Below, in pieces: positions 55,996 to 64,000 of a DNA stretch of 64,000 nucleotides. The position numbers were made by a program, and so were the translations under genes. The notes beneath the pieces were generated by a model. It searched no databases and was not told the DNA's origin. It was given only the letters and a program-made list of their open reading frames with translations. The DNA is taken from positions 463,150 through 527,149 of the forward strand of contig CBDHEF010000001.1 in NCBI GenBank assembly GCA_965261945.1, read 5' to 3'. How positions within the stretch are numbered: position 1 is the stretch's first letter; the number at the start of each line of letters is the position of its first letter. Source of the DNA: Dehalococcoidia bacterium (GTDB lineage Bacteria > Chloroflexota > Dehalococcoidia > Lucifugimonadales > UBA3495).

Positions 55996-57219
55996 ATGAA
56001 AGAAAAAGCGTTGGCAGGCATCCGGGTGCTGGAATTGGGGCCTTACGTGGCCCTGCCCCTGACCGGGCGCATCCTGGCATCCCTAGGCGCCGAGGTCATC
56101 AAAGTCGAGACCAACAAGGTTCTGGACGAGATGGCCTTCATCCCCGCCTGGTCGAGAGGAGCGGGTCAGCCCGACTTCCAGCGGGCCAAGAAACGTGTGT
56201 CCATTGACGTGCGCACTCCCGGCGGCCTTGAGGTGTTCCGGGAACTGGTCAAGGTCAGCGACGTGTTCATGACCAACTTCCGGCGCAACATCCTCGACCG
56301 ATGGGGCATAGACTTCCCGGCGGTCAGGGAACTACGCCCTGACATCATCCTGATGTGGCAGACCGGGCTGGGCGGCATCGGGCCGTACTACACCTACAAG
56401 TCTTACGGGATCCTGGTGCAGCACATGGGCGGGGTGTCGCTGATGACCGGCGACGAGGGAGAGCCGCCCTCGGCCATTAACACCTCCTATTCCGACTACC
56501 ACACCGGAGTGTTCCAGCCGTCGGCCATCATCGGCGCGTTGATGCGGCGGCGGATGACCGGGCTGCCCGCAACCATGGAGTCGTCGATTTTCAAGTCCGG
56601 CGCGGTTACCGCCGGGCCTGCCATCCTTGACTTCCAGGTCAGCGGGCGGATGCCGCAGCGCATAGCCAACCGCAGTACCGAAAGCGCCCCCCAAGGCGTT
56701 TATCAATGCCAGGGTGATGACCGTTGGTGCGCCATCGCGGTGCAGAACGAAGAGCAGTGGACCGGGTTCTGCCGCGTCCTGGGCAACCCCGGCTGGTGCG
56801 ATGAGCCTGACTTCACCACCGTCGGGAGCAGGCTGGCCAACCAGGACAGGCTGGATGCGCTTATCGGCGAGTGGACGGCGCAGCAGAAAGCGGATGACGT
56901 GATGGAGCGGATGCAAGCCCAGGGCGTCCCGGCCAGCATTGTTTCGCAGGGCGACGACCTGTACGCCAGCGAACATTTGAAGGCGCGTGATTTCTACCGC
57001 CCCTCTCCCTACTACGTGGCCGAACGGGGTACCCCGGCCTGGGAATGGGAGAAGCGCGACAGTCTGGCGTGGACTACGCCGGCGAGGCTCTCGGAAACGC
57101 CGATGGAGTTCGGGCATTACAGCAATGTTGGCGAGGACAACGACTATGTGTTCCGTGAAGTGCTGGGTATGCCTGAGTCCGAGATTGAATCGCTCATGGA
57201 AAGCGGGGCCCTTTACTGA
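55996..57219 (+). CDS. family III CoA-transferase
   Basis: Inner ATG 55996: MKEKALAGIRVLELGPYVALPLTGRILASLGAEVIKVE. Confidence 0.9.
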   Translation: MKEKALAGIRVLELGPYVALPLTGRILASLGAEVIKVETNKVLDEMAFIPAWSRGAGQPDFQRAKKRVSIDVRTPGGLEVFRELVKVSDVFMTNFRRNILDRWGIDFPAVRELRPDIILMWQTGLGGIGPYYTYKSYGILVQHMGGVSLMTGDEGEPPSAINTSYSDYHTGVFQPSAIIGALMRRRMTGLPATMESSIFKSGAVTAGPAILDFQVSGRMPQRIANRSTESAPQGVYQCQGDDRWCAIAVQNEEQWTGFCRVLGNPGWCDEPDFTTVGSRLANQDRLDALIGEWTAQQKADDVMERMQAQGVPASIVSQGDDLYASEHLKARDFYRPSPYYVAERGTPAWEWEKRDSLAWTTPARLSETPMEFGHYSNVGEDNDYVFREVLGMPESEIESLMESGALY

Positions 57220-57238
57220 ACGGTGAATCGCCAGGGGA

Positions 57239-57276
57239 CGCCCTCACCCTAACCCTCTCCCAGAGGGAGAGGGAAC
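57239..57276 (-). repeat. REP-like element, reverse orientation (family A)
   Basis: cgccctcaccctaaccctctcccagagggagagggaac. Confidence 0.8.
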
Positions 57277-57297
57277 TTTCTTTCCGGGATATTTGAA

Positions 57298-58098
57298 ATG
57301 GTTGATTACAGCGGCTATCAGGACTTGCTGATCGAGAAAAACGACGGCATCGCCCTTCTGACGATGAACCGCCCGGAGGTGTTCAACGCCACCGGGTTCG
57401 CGCTGCACAACGAACTCTCGCGGGTGTGGCTGGACCTGGGGCAGGACCCGGAGGTGCGGGTTGCAGTCATCACCGGCGCGGGCAACGCCTTCTCCGCAGG
57501 CGGCGATTTCGACATGATCGAGCAGTCCATCGGCAACGCCGAGGTCATCGCCGGCACCATGCAGGAAGCTCGCGACATCGTTCACAACATGATCAACCTG
57601 GACAAGCCGGTCATCTCGGCCATCAATGGCGTCGCCGTAGGCGCAGGGCTTGCGGTGGCGCTGCTGGCCGACATCTCGATAGCGTCGGAGCGGGCGCGTT
57701 TCACCGACGGCCACGTGCGCCTGGGCGTCGCCGCGGGCGGCCACGCCGCGGTCATCTGGCCGTTGCTCATCGGCATGGCCAAGGCCAAGTATTACCTGTT
57801 GACCTGCGAGTTTATGGACGGCGCGGAGGCGGAACGGCTGGGGCTGGTCAGCCTGGTGGTGCCTCACGACGAACTGATGGAGCGGGCGATGGGGGTGGCC
57901 CGCAAGCTGGCCTCCGGCTCCCAGCCCGCCCTGCGCTACACCAAGCGTTCGCTGAATCAGTGGCTCCGCATGGCGGAGCACACCGCCTTCGACTACTCGC
58001 TGGCCCTCGAAATGCTCAACTTCTTCGGCCCCGACGTCCGCGAGGGGCTGGATTCCGTCCGCCAGAAGCGCGACCCGGACTTCCCGTCGGCGCGTTAG
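57298..58098 (+). CDS. enoyl-CoA hydratase/isomerase family protein
   Basis: [38 protein letters not shown]. Confidence 0.9.
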   Translation: MVDYSGYQDLLIEKNDGIALLTMNRPEVFNATGFALHNELSRVWLDLGQDPEVRVAVITGAGNAFSAGGDFDMIEQSIGNAEVIAGTMQEARDIVHNMINLDKPVISAINGVAVGAGLAVALLADISIASERARFTDGHVRLGVAAGGHAAVIWPLLIGMAKAKYYLLTCEFMDGAEAERLGLVSLVVPHDELMERAMGVARKLASGSQPALRYTKRSLNQWLRMAEHTAFDYSLALEMLNFFGPDVREGLDSVRQKRDPDFPSAR

Positions 58099-58583
58099 GG
58101 CCGCGTCATCACAACCGCCAGCGCCACCACTGCCAGCGCCAGCAGCAGGTTGACGCGCGCCGCCCACTGAACAAACAGCCGCGCCGGGCCGGTGGGCAGC
58201 GGCGCGCCGGACGACCGGGCCGCTTCCAGCCGGTCCATCATCCGCGGCCCCAGCCAGAAGTCGTGGGCCAGACTGAGCAGTATCACGATGATGAACAGCC
58301 CGGTTTTCATCTGGAGATACTGGACAAAGTGGCTGTCTCCGCCGAAGAATGTTTCTGGCCGGATGCCCCATTGCGTCCAGGCCAGGTAGCCCCCGGTGAC
58401 CGCCAGCACGACCATCGAGGCCCAGGCCACCGGCACGAACTTCTTGGCCGCGTCGCGCAGCACAGCGAACCCCACCCCGGTGTCTCTGCGGGCCAGCGGC
58501 GCCATCACCATGGACAGGAACAGCATCCCGCCCAGCCAGGTTATGGCGGATATGACGTGGATGTAGACGATGGCTTGGTACAT
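58095..58583 (-). CDS. integral membrane protein (CopD-like?)
   Basis: Four hydrophobic segments. The N-terminal MYQAIVYIHVISAITWLGGMLFL resembles CopD/DUF-type membrane proteins; the family is uncertain. Confidence 0.55.
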   Translation of the reverse strand: MYQAIVYIHVISAITWLGGMLFLSMVMAPLARRDTGVGFAVLRDAAKKFVPVAWASMVVLAVTGGYLAWTQWGIRPETFFGGDSHFVQYLQMKTGLFIIVILLSLAHDFWLGPRMMDRLEAARSSGAPLPTGPARLFVQWAARVNLLLALAVVALAVVMTRP

Positions 58584-58607
58584 CTTCTGTTGCCTTTGCC
58601 TCCGGCT

Positions 58608-58650
58608 TTCACCCTCACCCTAAACCCTCTCCCTCAAGGGAGAGGGGATT
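58608..58650 (-). repeat. REP-like element, reverse orientation (family A)
   Basis: ttcaccctcaccctaaaccctctccctcaagggagaggggatt. Confidence 0.8.
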
Positions 58651-58680
58651 TGCGGGGGCTTCGTCCATTGAGGGGGATTT

Positions 58681-59775
58681 TCAGGAAAGCCAGGGTATGT
58701 CTTCGGGCAGGTAGTGGGTAGCGCGGAAAACTCGGTTGACCAGTTGGTTTTCCATGTCCACGTGGAAATGGGGGTTGATGAATTCCCAGACCACTTCGCC
58801 CTCGGTCGTTACTTGGAACATCCGCCCGAACTGCCCCTCAGTGATGAGGGTGTTGCCGTTGGACAGGCGGCGCGCTCCCGAAATGTATGCGCTGAAGAAA
58901 TTGTACGCCGGGTTGTCGCGGTATTCCCAGACAATTTCGTTGGTTGCCGGATTGACTTCAATCACCCTGGAAAATGGCAGGCCAGTATCGCGACGGTGCG
59001 ATCCGTTGTCGAAAATCAGCACGTTGCCGTTGGGCAGCATATTCGGGTCGTGCTGCTGGGCCAGAGTTTCGTAGCCCAGCTCCCATACTATGTCGCCGCT
59101 GGCCTTGTCCACCATGCCAACGGTGGAGATGTTGCGGAAGCTGAACAGCACCCGGTCGCCAGGCACCGGCGAGAGGGTATTGCCGTGGCTCCACTCGTCG
59201 CGCAGGTCGTTATGGGTGACAATGTGCTTATCCACGTCGAGATGCTCGGCGGCGCGCCATTCCCACACTCTGTTGCCGTTTGCGTCCACTTCGACAAGCA
59301 CGTCGGCCCACATCCCTTCCGGCGCTGAACCCGGGATGCCGCCCTGCACCTTCGATGCCAGGGACGGAGCCATCGGCTCGACTGCCATGTACAGCGCACC
59401 GCCCGATTCCGTCCGGCGGGCGTCGTGGTGGTGGTCGGGGTCGCGGTGCTCCCAGACCACGTTGCCGCCGGGATCGACTTCGAGCATCACGCCGCCCTTG
59501 AACCGCTTCCACGACGGGAAACGCTCCCAGGTCTCGTCCCTGACCTTGCCGCCGTAGAACAGGTTTCCGTTGGGCAGCAGGTAGCCGTACAGCCCCGGCG
59601 GGTGGGGCATCGCCCACTGGTGGGCCACATTGCCTTCCATGTCTACCAGGTACACATCACCGGGGCTGGCCATGGGCGTGTACAGCACATAGCCGGGGCA
59701 GGCCCTGTCCGGGTCGAAGGCGGTCAGGCCAGTGCGGGCCATCCGGCGGCGCGTCTGCTGGTCAACGGTGGTCAT
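58681..59775 (-). CDS. arylsulfotransferase (ASST)-like beta-propeller protein
   Basis: Inner ATG 59775 with GAGAGGTGA upstream. Repeated LPNGN/NGNTL blades, HGNTLSP, QHDPNMLPNGNVLIFDNG. Confidence 0.75.
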   Translation of the reverse strand: MTTVDQQTRRRMARTGLTAFDPDRACPGYVLYTPMASPGDVYLVDMEGNVAHQWAMPHPPGLYGYLLPNGNLFYGGKVRDETWERFPSWKRFKGGVMLEVDPGGNVVWEHRDPDHHHDARRTESGGALYMAVEPMAPSLASKVQGGIPGSAPEGMWADVLVEVDANGNRVWEWRAAEHLDVDKHIVTHNDLRDEWSHGNTLSPVPGDRVLFSFRNISTVGMVDKASGDIVWELGYETLAQQHDPNMLPNGNVLIFDNGSHRRDTGLPFSRVIEVNPATNEIVWEYRDNPAYNFFSAYISGARRLSNGNTLITEGQFGRMFQVTTEGEVVWEFINPHFHVDMENQLVNRVFRATHYLPEDIPWLS

Positions 59776-59849
59776 CTGTTCACCTCTCAGGCTGTTGACT
59801 TGGGTAGCGCCCCCTTGCAATCAACCGTCTCCCCGGAGGGAGCAGCGAC

Positions 59850-60617
59850 CTACTGCGCCACGTAGCCGCCGTCGACGGCCATGTTATGACCCGTGACGAA
59901 GCTGGCGGCGCCGGACGAAAGCCAGACCACGGCCTCGGCGATTTCCTGCGGTTCGCCCAGCCGGCCGATGGGGTGGCGGGAGACGACCGTCTCCTCCATC
60001 GTCTCGTACTGGTCGAACAGGGGCCGCACCAGCGGCGTGTTGATGTAGCCGGGACATACCGAGTTCACCCGGATGCCGTCGGCGGCGTATTCCAGGGCCG
60101 CGGCCTTGGTCAGCCCCACGACTCCGTGCTTGGCCGCCATGTAGGCCACCGAGCCGGGGGTGGCGATCAACCCCATGATCGAAGCGGTGTTGACGATGGC
60201 TCCGCTGCCCTGCTTGAGCATCTGCGGGATTTCGGCCTTCATCGAGAGCCAGACGCCCTTGAGGTTGATTCTGATTACCCGGTCGAAGTCTTCCTCTTCG
60301 TAGTCGGCGGAGCGTCGCCGCTCCCGCCCGCCCGAGATGCCGGCGTTGTTGAAGGCGCAGTCCAGGCTGCCAAAGGCCTCCACAGCCCGGTCAACCATCA
60401 GTTGCGTTCCGGCAGCGTCCGATACGTCGGCGTGGACCAGGATGGCCTGGCCGCCGGCCTCCACGATCATCTGCACCGTCTCCTCGCCTCCCTCCATGTT
60501 CATGTCCGCCACCACAACGCGAGCGCCTTCGCGGGAATAGACCAGCGAAGTCGCCCTTCCGATTCCGGAGCCGCCACCAGTTACCAGCGCCGTCTTGCCC
60601 TCAAGTTGTCCCGCCAT
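59850..60617 (-). CDS. SDR-family oxidoreductase
   Basis: TGGGSGIGRA, NNAG, YMAAKHGVVGL (YxxxK). Confidence 0.9.
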   Translation of the reverse strand: MAGQLEGKTALVTGGGSGIGRATSLVYSREGARVVVADMNMEGGEETVQMIVEAGGQAILVHADVSDAAGTQLMVDRAVEAFGSLDCAFNNAGISGGRERRRSADYEEEDFDRVIRINLKGVWLSMKAEIPQMLKQGSGAIVNTASIMGLIATPGSVAYMAAKHGVVGLTKAAALEYAADGIRVNSVCPGYINTPLVRPLFDQYETMEETVVSRHPIGRLGEPQEIAEAVVWLSSGAASFVTGHNMAVDGGYVAQ

Positions 60618-60688
60618 GCTTTCTTCTCCATCGGTGATAGTGTTGCAGATTATAACCGCCTTACCGTGCCGCGGGCAGGGTCTTTTAA

Positions 60689-61954
60689 GGGTCTTTTAAT
60701 TGTAGTAAAGGCTGCGGGGAGTGTTGGATAATTGGGATTAGAGTATTGGGAGTGGGGAGGACGGTTGTGTGGGAAGAGAGTGTTGGGGATTGGGGACCCG
60801 GACTGCCGGATGCCCTGAATGAGGTAGAGGATCCAATGAGGTAGAGGATCCCAGGAAGCCCAAAGGGGTACGCCATCCCTTGCCGGCGATTCTGGCCTTG
60901 GCGGTGTGCGCCATGCTCAGTGGCTCCAGGAGCCTTTACGCCATCGCCCAATGGGGCCGGACACCCCGAGTTTGCCCAGACGCTGGGGTTCAGCCGGCAG
61001 CGGACTCCATGCGCAGCCACCTTGCGTCACGTATTCCGGCGCATGGACGCGGAAGCCTTCGAGCCGGACTTGGGCCGCTGGGCCCGGGAGCGCCTGGGAG
61101 AGGGGGAGGCCACCATTGCCATAGACGGCAAAGCCCTGCGGGGTATCCACGGCGGTGAATTGCCCGGGGTGAGGGTGGTGGCGGCTTATGCGGGAGAGAG
61201 CGGCCTGGTACTGGGGCAAAAGGGGGGGCAGGGGGGATCGCAAGGAGAGCGAACCGGGGATGGCCTCGGGCTTGCTGGATCAACTGGAGTTGAAAAGGAA
61301 GGTGGTCACTGGGGATGCTCTGTACGCCCAGCGGGAGTTGAGCCGCAGCATCCTGAAGCGGGGCGGGGATTACTTATGGGGACTGAAGGACAACCAGCCC
61401 GGGGTGAAGGAGGCGGTGAGCTTGCTCTTTGAGCAGCCGTCTTGGGGTGAAAGATTTGCCTATGCGCACCAGGAGGGCCGGCACGGAGACCGGTGGGAAA
61501 GGAGGCGGTTGTGGCCGTCGACGGCTCTGAACGGTTACCTGGATTGGCCTGGCCTGGAGCAGGTCTGTTGCGTGGAACGGACCGGGTGGCACAAGGGCAG
61601 GGAGACGGTGGAGTGGGCCTGCGCCATCACCAGCCTGCCGCCGGAGTGTGCGGATGCTGCCCGGCTGCTGGAGATATGGCGGGGACACTGGGGAATTGAA
61701 AACCGGCTGCACTGGGTGCGGGACATGGTCTTTGGCGAGGAGCAAAGCCAGGTGCGGCCAGGTGCGAACGGAGCCGGCGCCGCAACTGCTGGCGGCGCTG
61801 CGGAACCTGGTGATCGGGATGTTGCGGCTGGGAGGGGTGAAAAACATAGCGGCGGCGCGGCGCCACTACGGCTGGAAACCCTGGTGGAAACCCTGGTGGA
61901 AACCCTGGGAGACGCTGACTCTCATCGGCCTCTCCAACCACAATTAAAAGGCCC
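60689..61954 (+). mobile_element. ISAs1-family element with multiply disrupted transposase
   Basis: IRs gggtcttttaattgt (60689-60703) and acaattaaaaggccc (61940-61954), 14/15 match. Transposase pieces lie in ORFs 60880.., 60920.., 61188.. and 61648.. (LNEVEDP..RHPLPAILALAVCAMLSGSRSLYAIAQWG; IAIDGKALRG; VVTGDALYAQRE...DYLWGLKDNQ; HWGIENRLHWVRD; LRNLVIGMLRLGGVKNIAAARR). Confidence 0.75.
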
Positions 61955-62023
61955 TAAACCAAAGCCAAGGTGGGATGTACATTTTGCGGACAGCCATTCG
62001 CAGTCAGGGTTCGCGCCTCGACC

Positions 62024-62052
62024 GTAGGGGCGGGTTTCAAACCCGCCCCTAC
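62024..62052. repeat. perfect GC-rich palindrome
   Basis: gtaggggcgggttt c aaacccgcccctac, between the two ISAs1 copies. Confidence 0.85.
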
Positions 62053-62257
62053 CAGATGGACCGCCCGTGCGCCGGCGAGTCCACCTGCAATGAAACGCTA
62101 CCTGGCATAAATGCGCATTTCACCTTGGATTTGGTTTAGTCCGGTTAACAGGGCAAACGCATTCTCTGGATAAAGGAGTAGAGTGGTACGATTAAAGCAG
62201 GAGACAGGAAAGCACAGGGTGGGGTGAAGCATGGGTAGTAGTGGGTGCGGCAGCTTG

Positions 62258-63442
62258 ATGGAGCATTTTGCCATTTGGAGGATTCCAGAAGGGATCAGGG
62301 GAAACGGCATTAACTATTGGACATTATTGCGATGACCATCTGCGCGGTCGTTGGGGGCGCTGAGGGTTGGGACGATGTGGAGTTGTTCGTCCAATGCAAG
62401 TACGAATGGTGTCCTGAGATTTCTGGATCTGCCCCACGGGGTTCCCTGCTCTGACACCTTTGCGCGGGTGTTCAGCGGCATTGACCCGGAACAGTTCCGA
62501 AACTGCATCATGGACTGGGTAAACAGCGTCAGCCAGCTGACTCAGGGCCAGGTGATTGCCCTGGACGGCAAGACCTTACGGCGGTCCCACGACCGCCCTT
62601 CGGGAAAGGCGGCCATTCACATGGTCAGCGCCCGGGCATCGGAGAACTCCCTGGTGTCGGGTCAGGTCAAAGTGGATGAGAAAACCAATGAGATCACGGC
62701 CATAGCGGAGTTGCTCAATCTGTTGGATGTGTCGGGCTGCATCGTGACAATTGACGCCGACAATTGACGCCATGGGCTGCCAGAAGAAGATAGCCCAGCA
62801 GATTGTGAGCCAGGAAGCCGATTATATTCTGGCAGTGAAGGAAAATCAGGGAAAGTTGCCGGAGGATGTGGCCGACCTGTTTTCCTGCGGACAGAGGACC
62901 GGGTTTGCTGATATACAGCGCGATTTCTGCCAGACCGTGAGCAGCGGGCGCGGACGCGCTGAAACCCGGCGCTGTTGGACCATTGACGATCCGGAGCAGT
63001 TATCCTACCTGGATACCCGAGGCGATTGGCCTGGGTTGCGGAGCATCGGGATGGTCGCGGCGCGACGATGTCAAGACGATGTCAAGGGGAACAGGTGCCG
63101 GAGGAAACCCGCTACTACATCTCCAGTCCTGAGTCGGATGCCCATCGATTCTTGCGGGCAACTCGAAGCCATTGGGGTATCGAGAACCGGGTGCGCTGGA
63201 TACTGGACGTGTCCTTCCGGGAAGACGAAAGCCGGGTAAGAACCGGAAACGCCCCGGAAAACCTCGCGATAGTCCGGCACATGGCCCTCAACCTGCTGCG
63301 CCAAGACCGAACCTCCAAAACCTCCATCAAAGCCAAACGCAAATTGGCAGGCTGGGACAACGACTACCTGCTGTCCATCCTCTCCAATCAGAATGCGGTA
63401 GCCCTGCCTGGAGTCGCTCTTGCGCCAGCGCGAGAGACTTGA
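62258..63442 (+). pseudogene. ISAs1-family transposase, multiply frameshifted
   Basis: MEHFA...; LLDIIAMTICAVVGGAEGWDDVELF; FLDLPHGVPCSDTFARVFSGIDPEQF; VIALDGKTLRRSHD; IVTIDAMGCQKKIAQQI..DYILAVKENQ; YYISS...SHWGIENRVRWILDVSFREDESRVRTGNAPENLAIVRHMALNLL. The pieces are spread over three frames. Two of the breaks are tandem duplications at 62746-62771 and 63064-63085. Confidence 0.8.
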
Positions 63443-63604
63443 TAGAATATGTTAGGCGTATTGCGCTCTTCGTCGATTCTCGTCCGCGAGATTCTCGCGA
63501 GGGTGGGTTGCCCTGAAGTTTACCGGTCCGGTTGATTCGCGGGTGAGTGGGGAATCCGATGGCCGGCCTCTTGGCATTGGCGGCCGGATTCCGGAGGGCT
63601 GTTT

Positions 63605-64000
63605 GTGACCGTAGTAGACGACATAAAGGCCCGGCTCGACATTCTTGAAGTCGTGGGGCAGCGGGTGGCGCTGCAAAGGTCAGGGCGCAGCTACAAGGGT
63701 AACTGCCCCTTCCACCAGGAGCGCACCCCTTCCTTCCATGTGTTCCCCGACCGCCAGTCGTGGCGCTGTTTCGGGGCCTGCGCCACCGGCGGAGACGCCA
63801 TATCCTTCGTCATGCGGGCCGAGAATCTGGAGTTCGGCGAGGCCATTCGCCAACTGGCGCGGCAGGCAGGCTTGCCCATGCCGGAGCGCCAGGGCGCCCG
63901 CACCGACCCGGCGGCATACCGGATAAACGAGGCCGCCTGCGCCTACTTCCAGCGAACCCTCGCATCTACCCAGGGCGCGGAAGCCCGCGCCTACATGGAG
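63605..64000 (+). CDS. dnaG: DNA primase DnaG, N-terminal part (runs off window)
   Basis: Not in ORF track (no stop in window). The GTG 63605 frame reads VTVVDDIKARLDILEVVGQRVALQRSGRSYKGNCPFHQERTPSFHVFPDRQSWRCFGACATGGDAISFVM, a CHC2 zinc finger. GGAGGG lies 6 nt upstream. Confidence 0.85.
   Translation, partial: MTVVDDIKARLDILEVVGQRVALQRSGRSYKGNCPFHQERTPSFHVFPDRQSWRCFGACATGGDAISFVMRAENLEFGEAIRQLARQAGLPMPERQGARTDPAAYRINEAACAYFQRTLASTQGAEARAYME

Noticed and set aside
62098-62310. 70-aa minus-strand ORF and other short ORFs upstream of ISAs1 copy 3
   Set aside because: It has no motifs and overlaps the degenerate 5' end of the IS. It most likely arises by chance.
53762-63085. Tandem repeats considered as a possible CRISPR array or minisatellite
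   Set aside because: The units are directly adjacent with no spacers, occur as only 2-3 copies, and differ in sequence at each site. This is not a CRISPR architecture.

Overview
High-GC bacterial chromosomal segment; hand-counted 60-nt lines in native genes give about 65-68% GC. No rRNA, tRNA or CRISPR array was recognised.

Backbone: the native genes are mostly catabolic paralog families. These are three family-III CoA-transferases, two GMC oxidoreductases, two LLM flavin oxidoreductases, two enoyl-CoA hydratases, a P450, a small ferredoxin, an amidohydrolase-2, an arylsulfotransferase-like propeller and a split TPP decarboxylase. Housekeeping genes are recN, ribokinase, comF-like, a NUDIX hydrolase and a partial dnaG at the right edge. 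This content, the Uma2 endonucleases and the G-rich REP hairpins suggest a Chloroflexota (SAR202-like) organism, but that is inference only.

Accessory and decayed DNA on this backbone:
- (i) A left-edge scar zone holds a possible cas1 fragment, an IS1182-type transposase pseudogene and a tyrosine-recombinase remnant. It sits directly upstream of an intact SNF2-helicase + SWIM zinc-finger gene pair.
- (ii) A dead IS701 copy abuts a ~6-kb degraded phage/plasmid-like island (ASCH, PAPS-reductase-like and unknown genes, most of them frameshifted).
- (iii) An AT-rich HindIII-like type II R-M cassette.
- (iv) A second type II R-M pair with an unassigned endonuclease, plus an orphan beta-class methyltransferase.
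- (v) An AT-rich two-gene cassette: an ABC/AAA_21-type ATPase and a DUF4276/TOPRIM-like protein. This is my best candidate for an uncharacterised PARIS/AbiL/OLD-like defence module.
- (vi) Three dead ISAs1-family elements.

Two sequence-level patterns stand out. One is a dispersed REP-like hairpin family, CCCTCTCCC-N3-5-GGGAGAGGG followed by TTAGGGTGAGGG. The other is an unusual number of perfect short tandem duplications (5-22 bp), which account for many of the gene-inactivating lesions.

All functional calls rest on motif recognition by eye. No database search was possible, and start codons are approximate.
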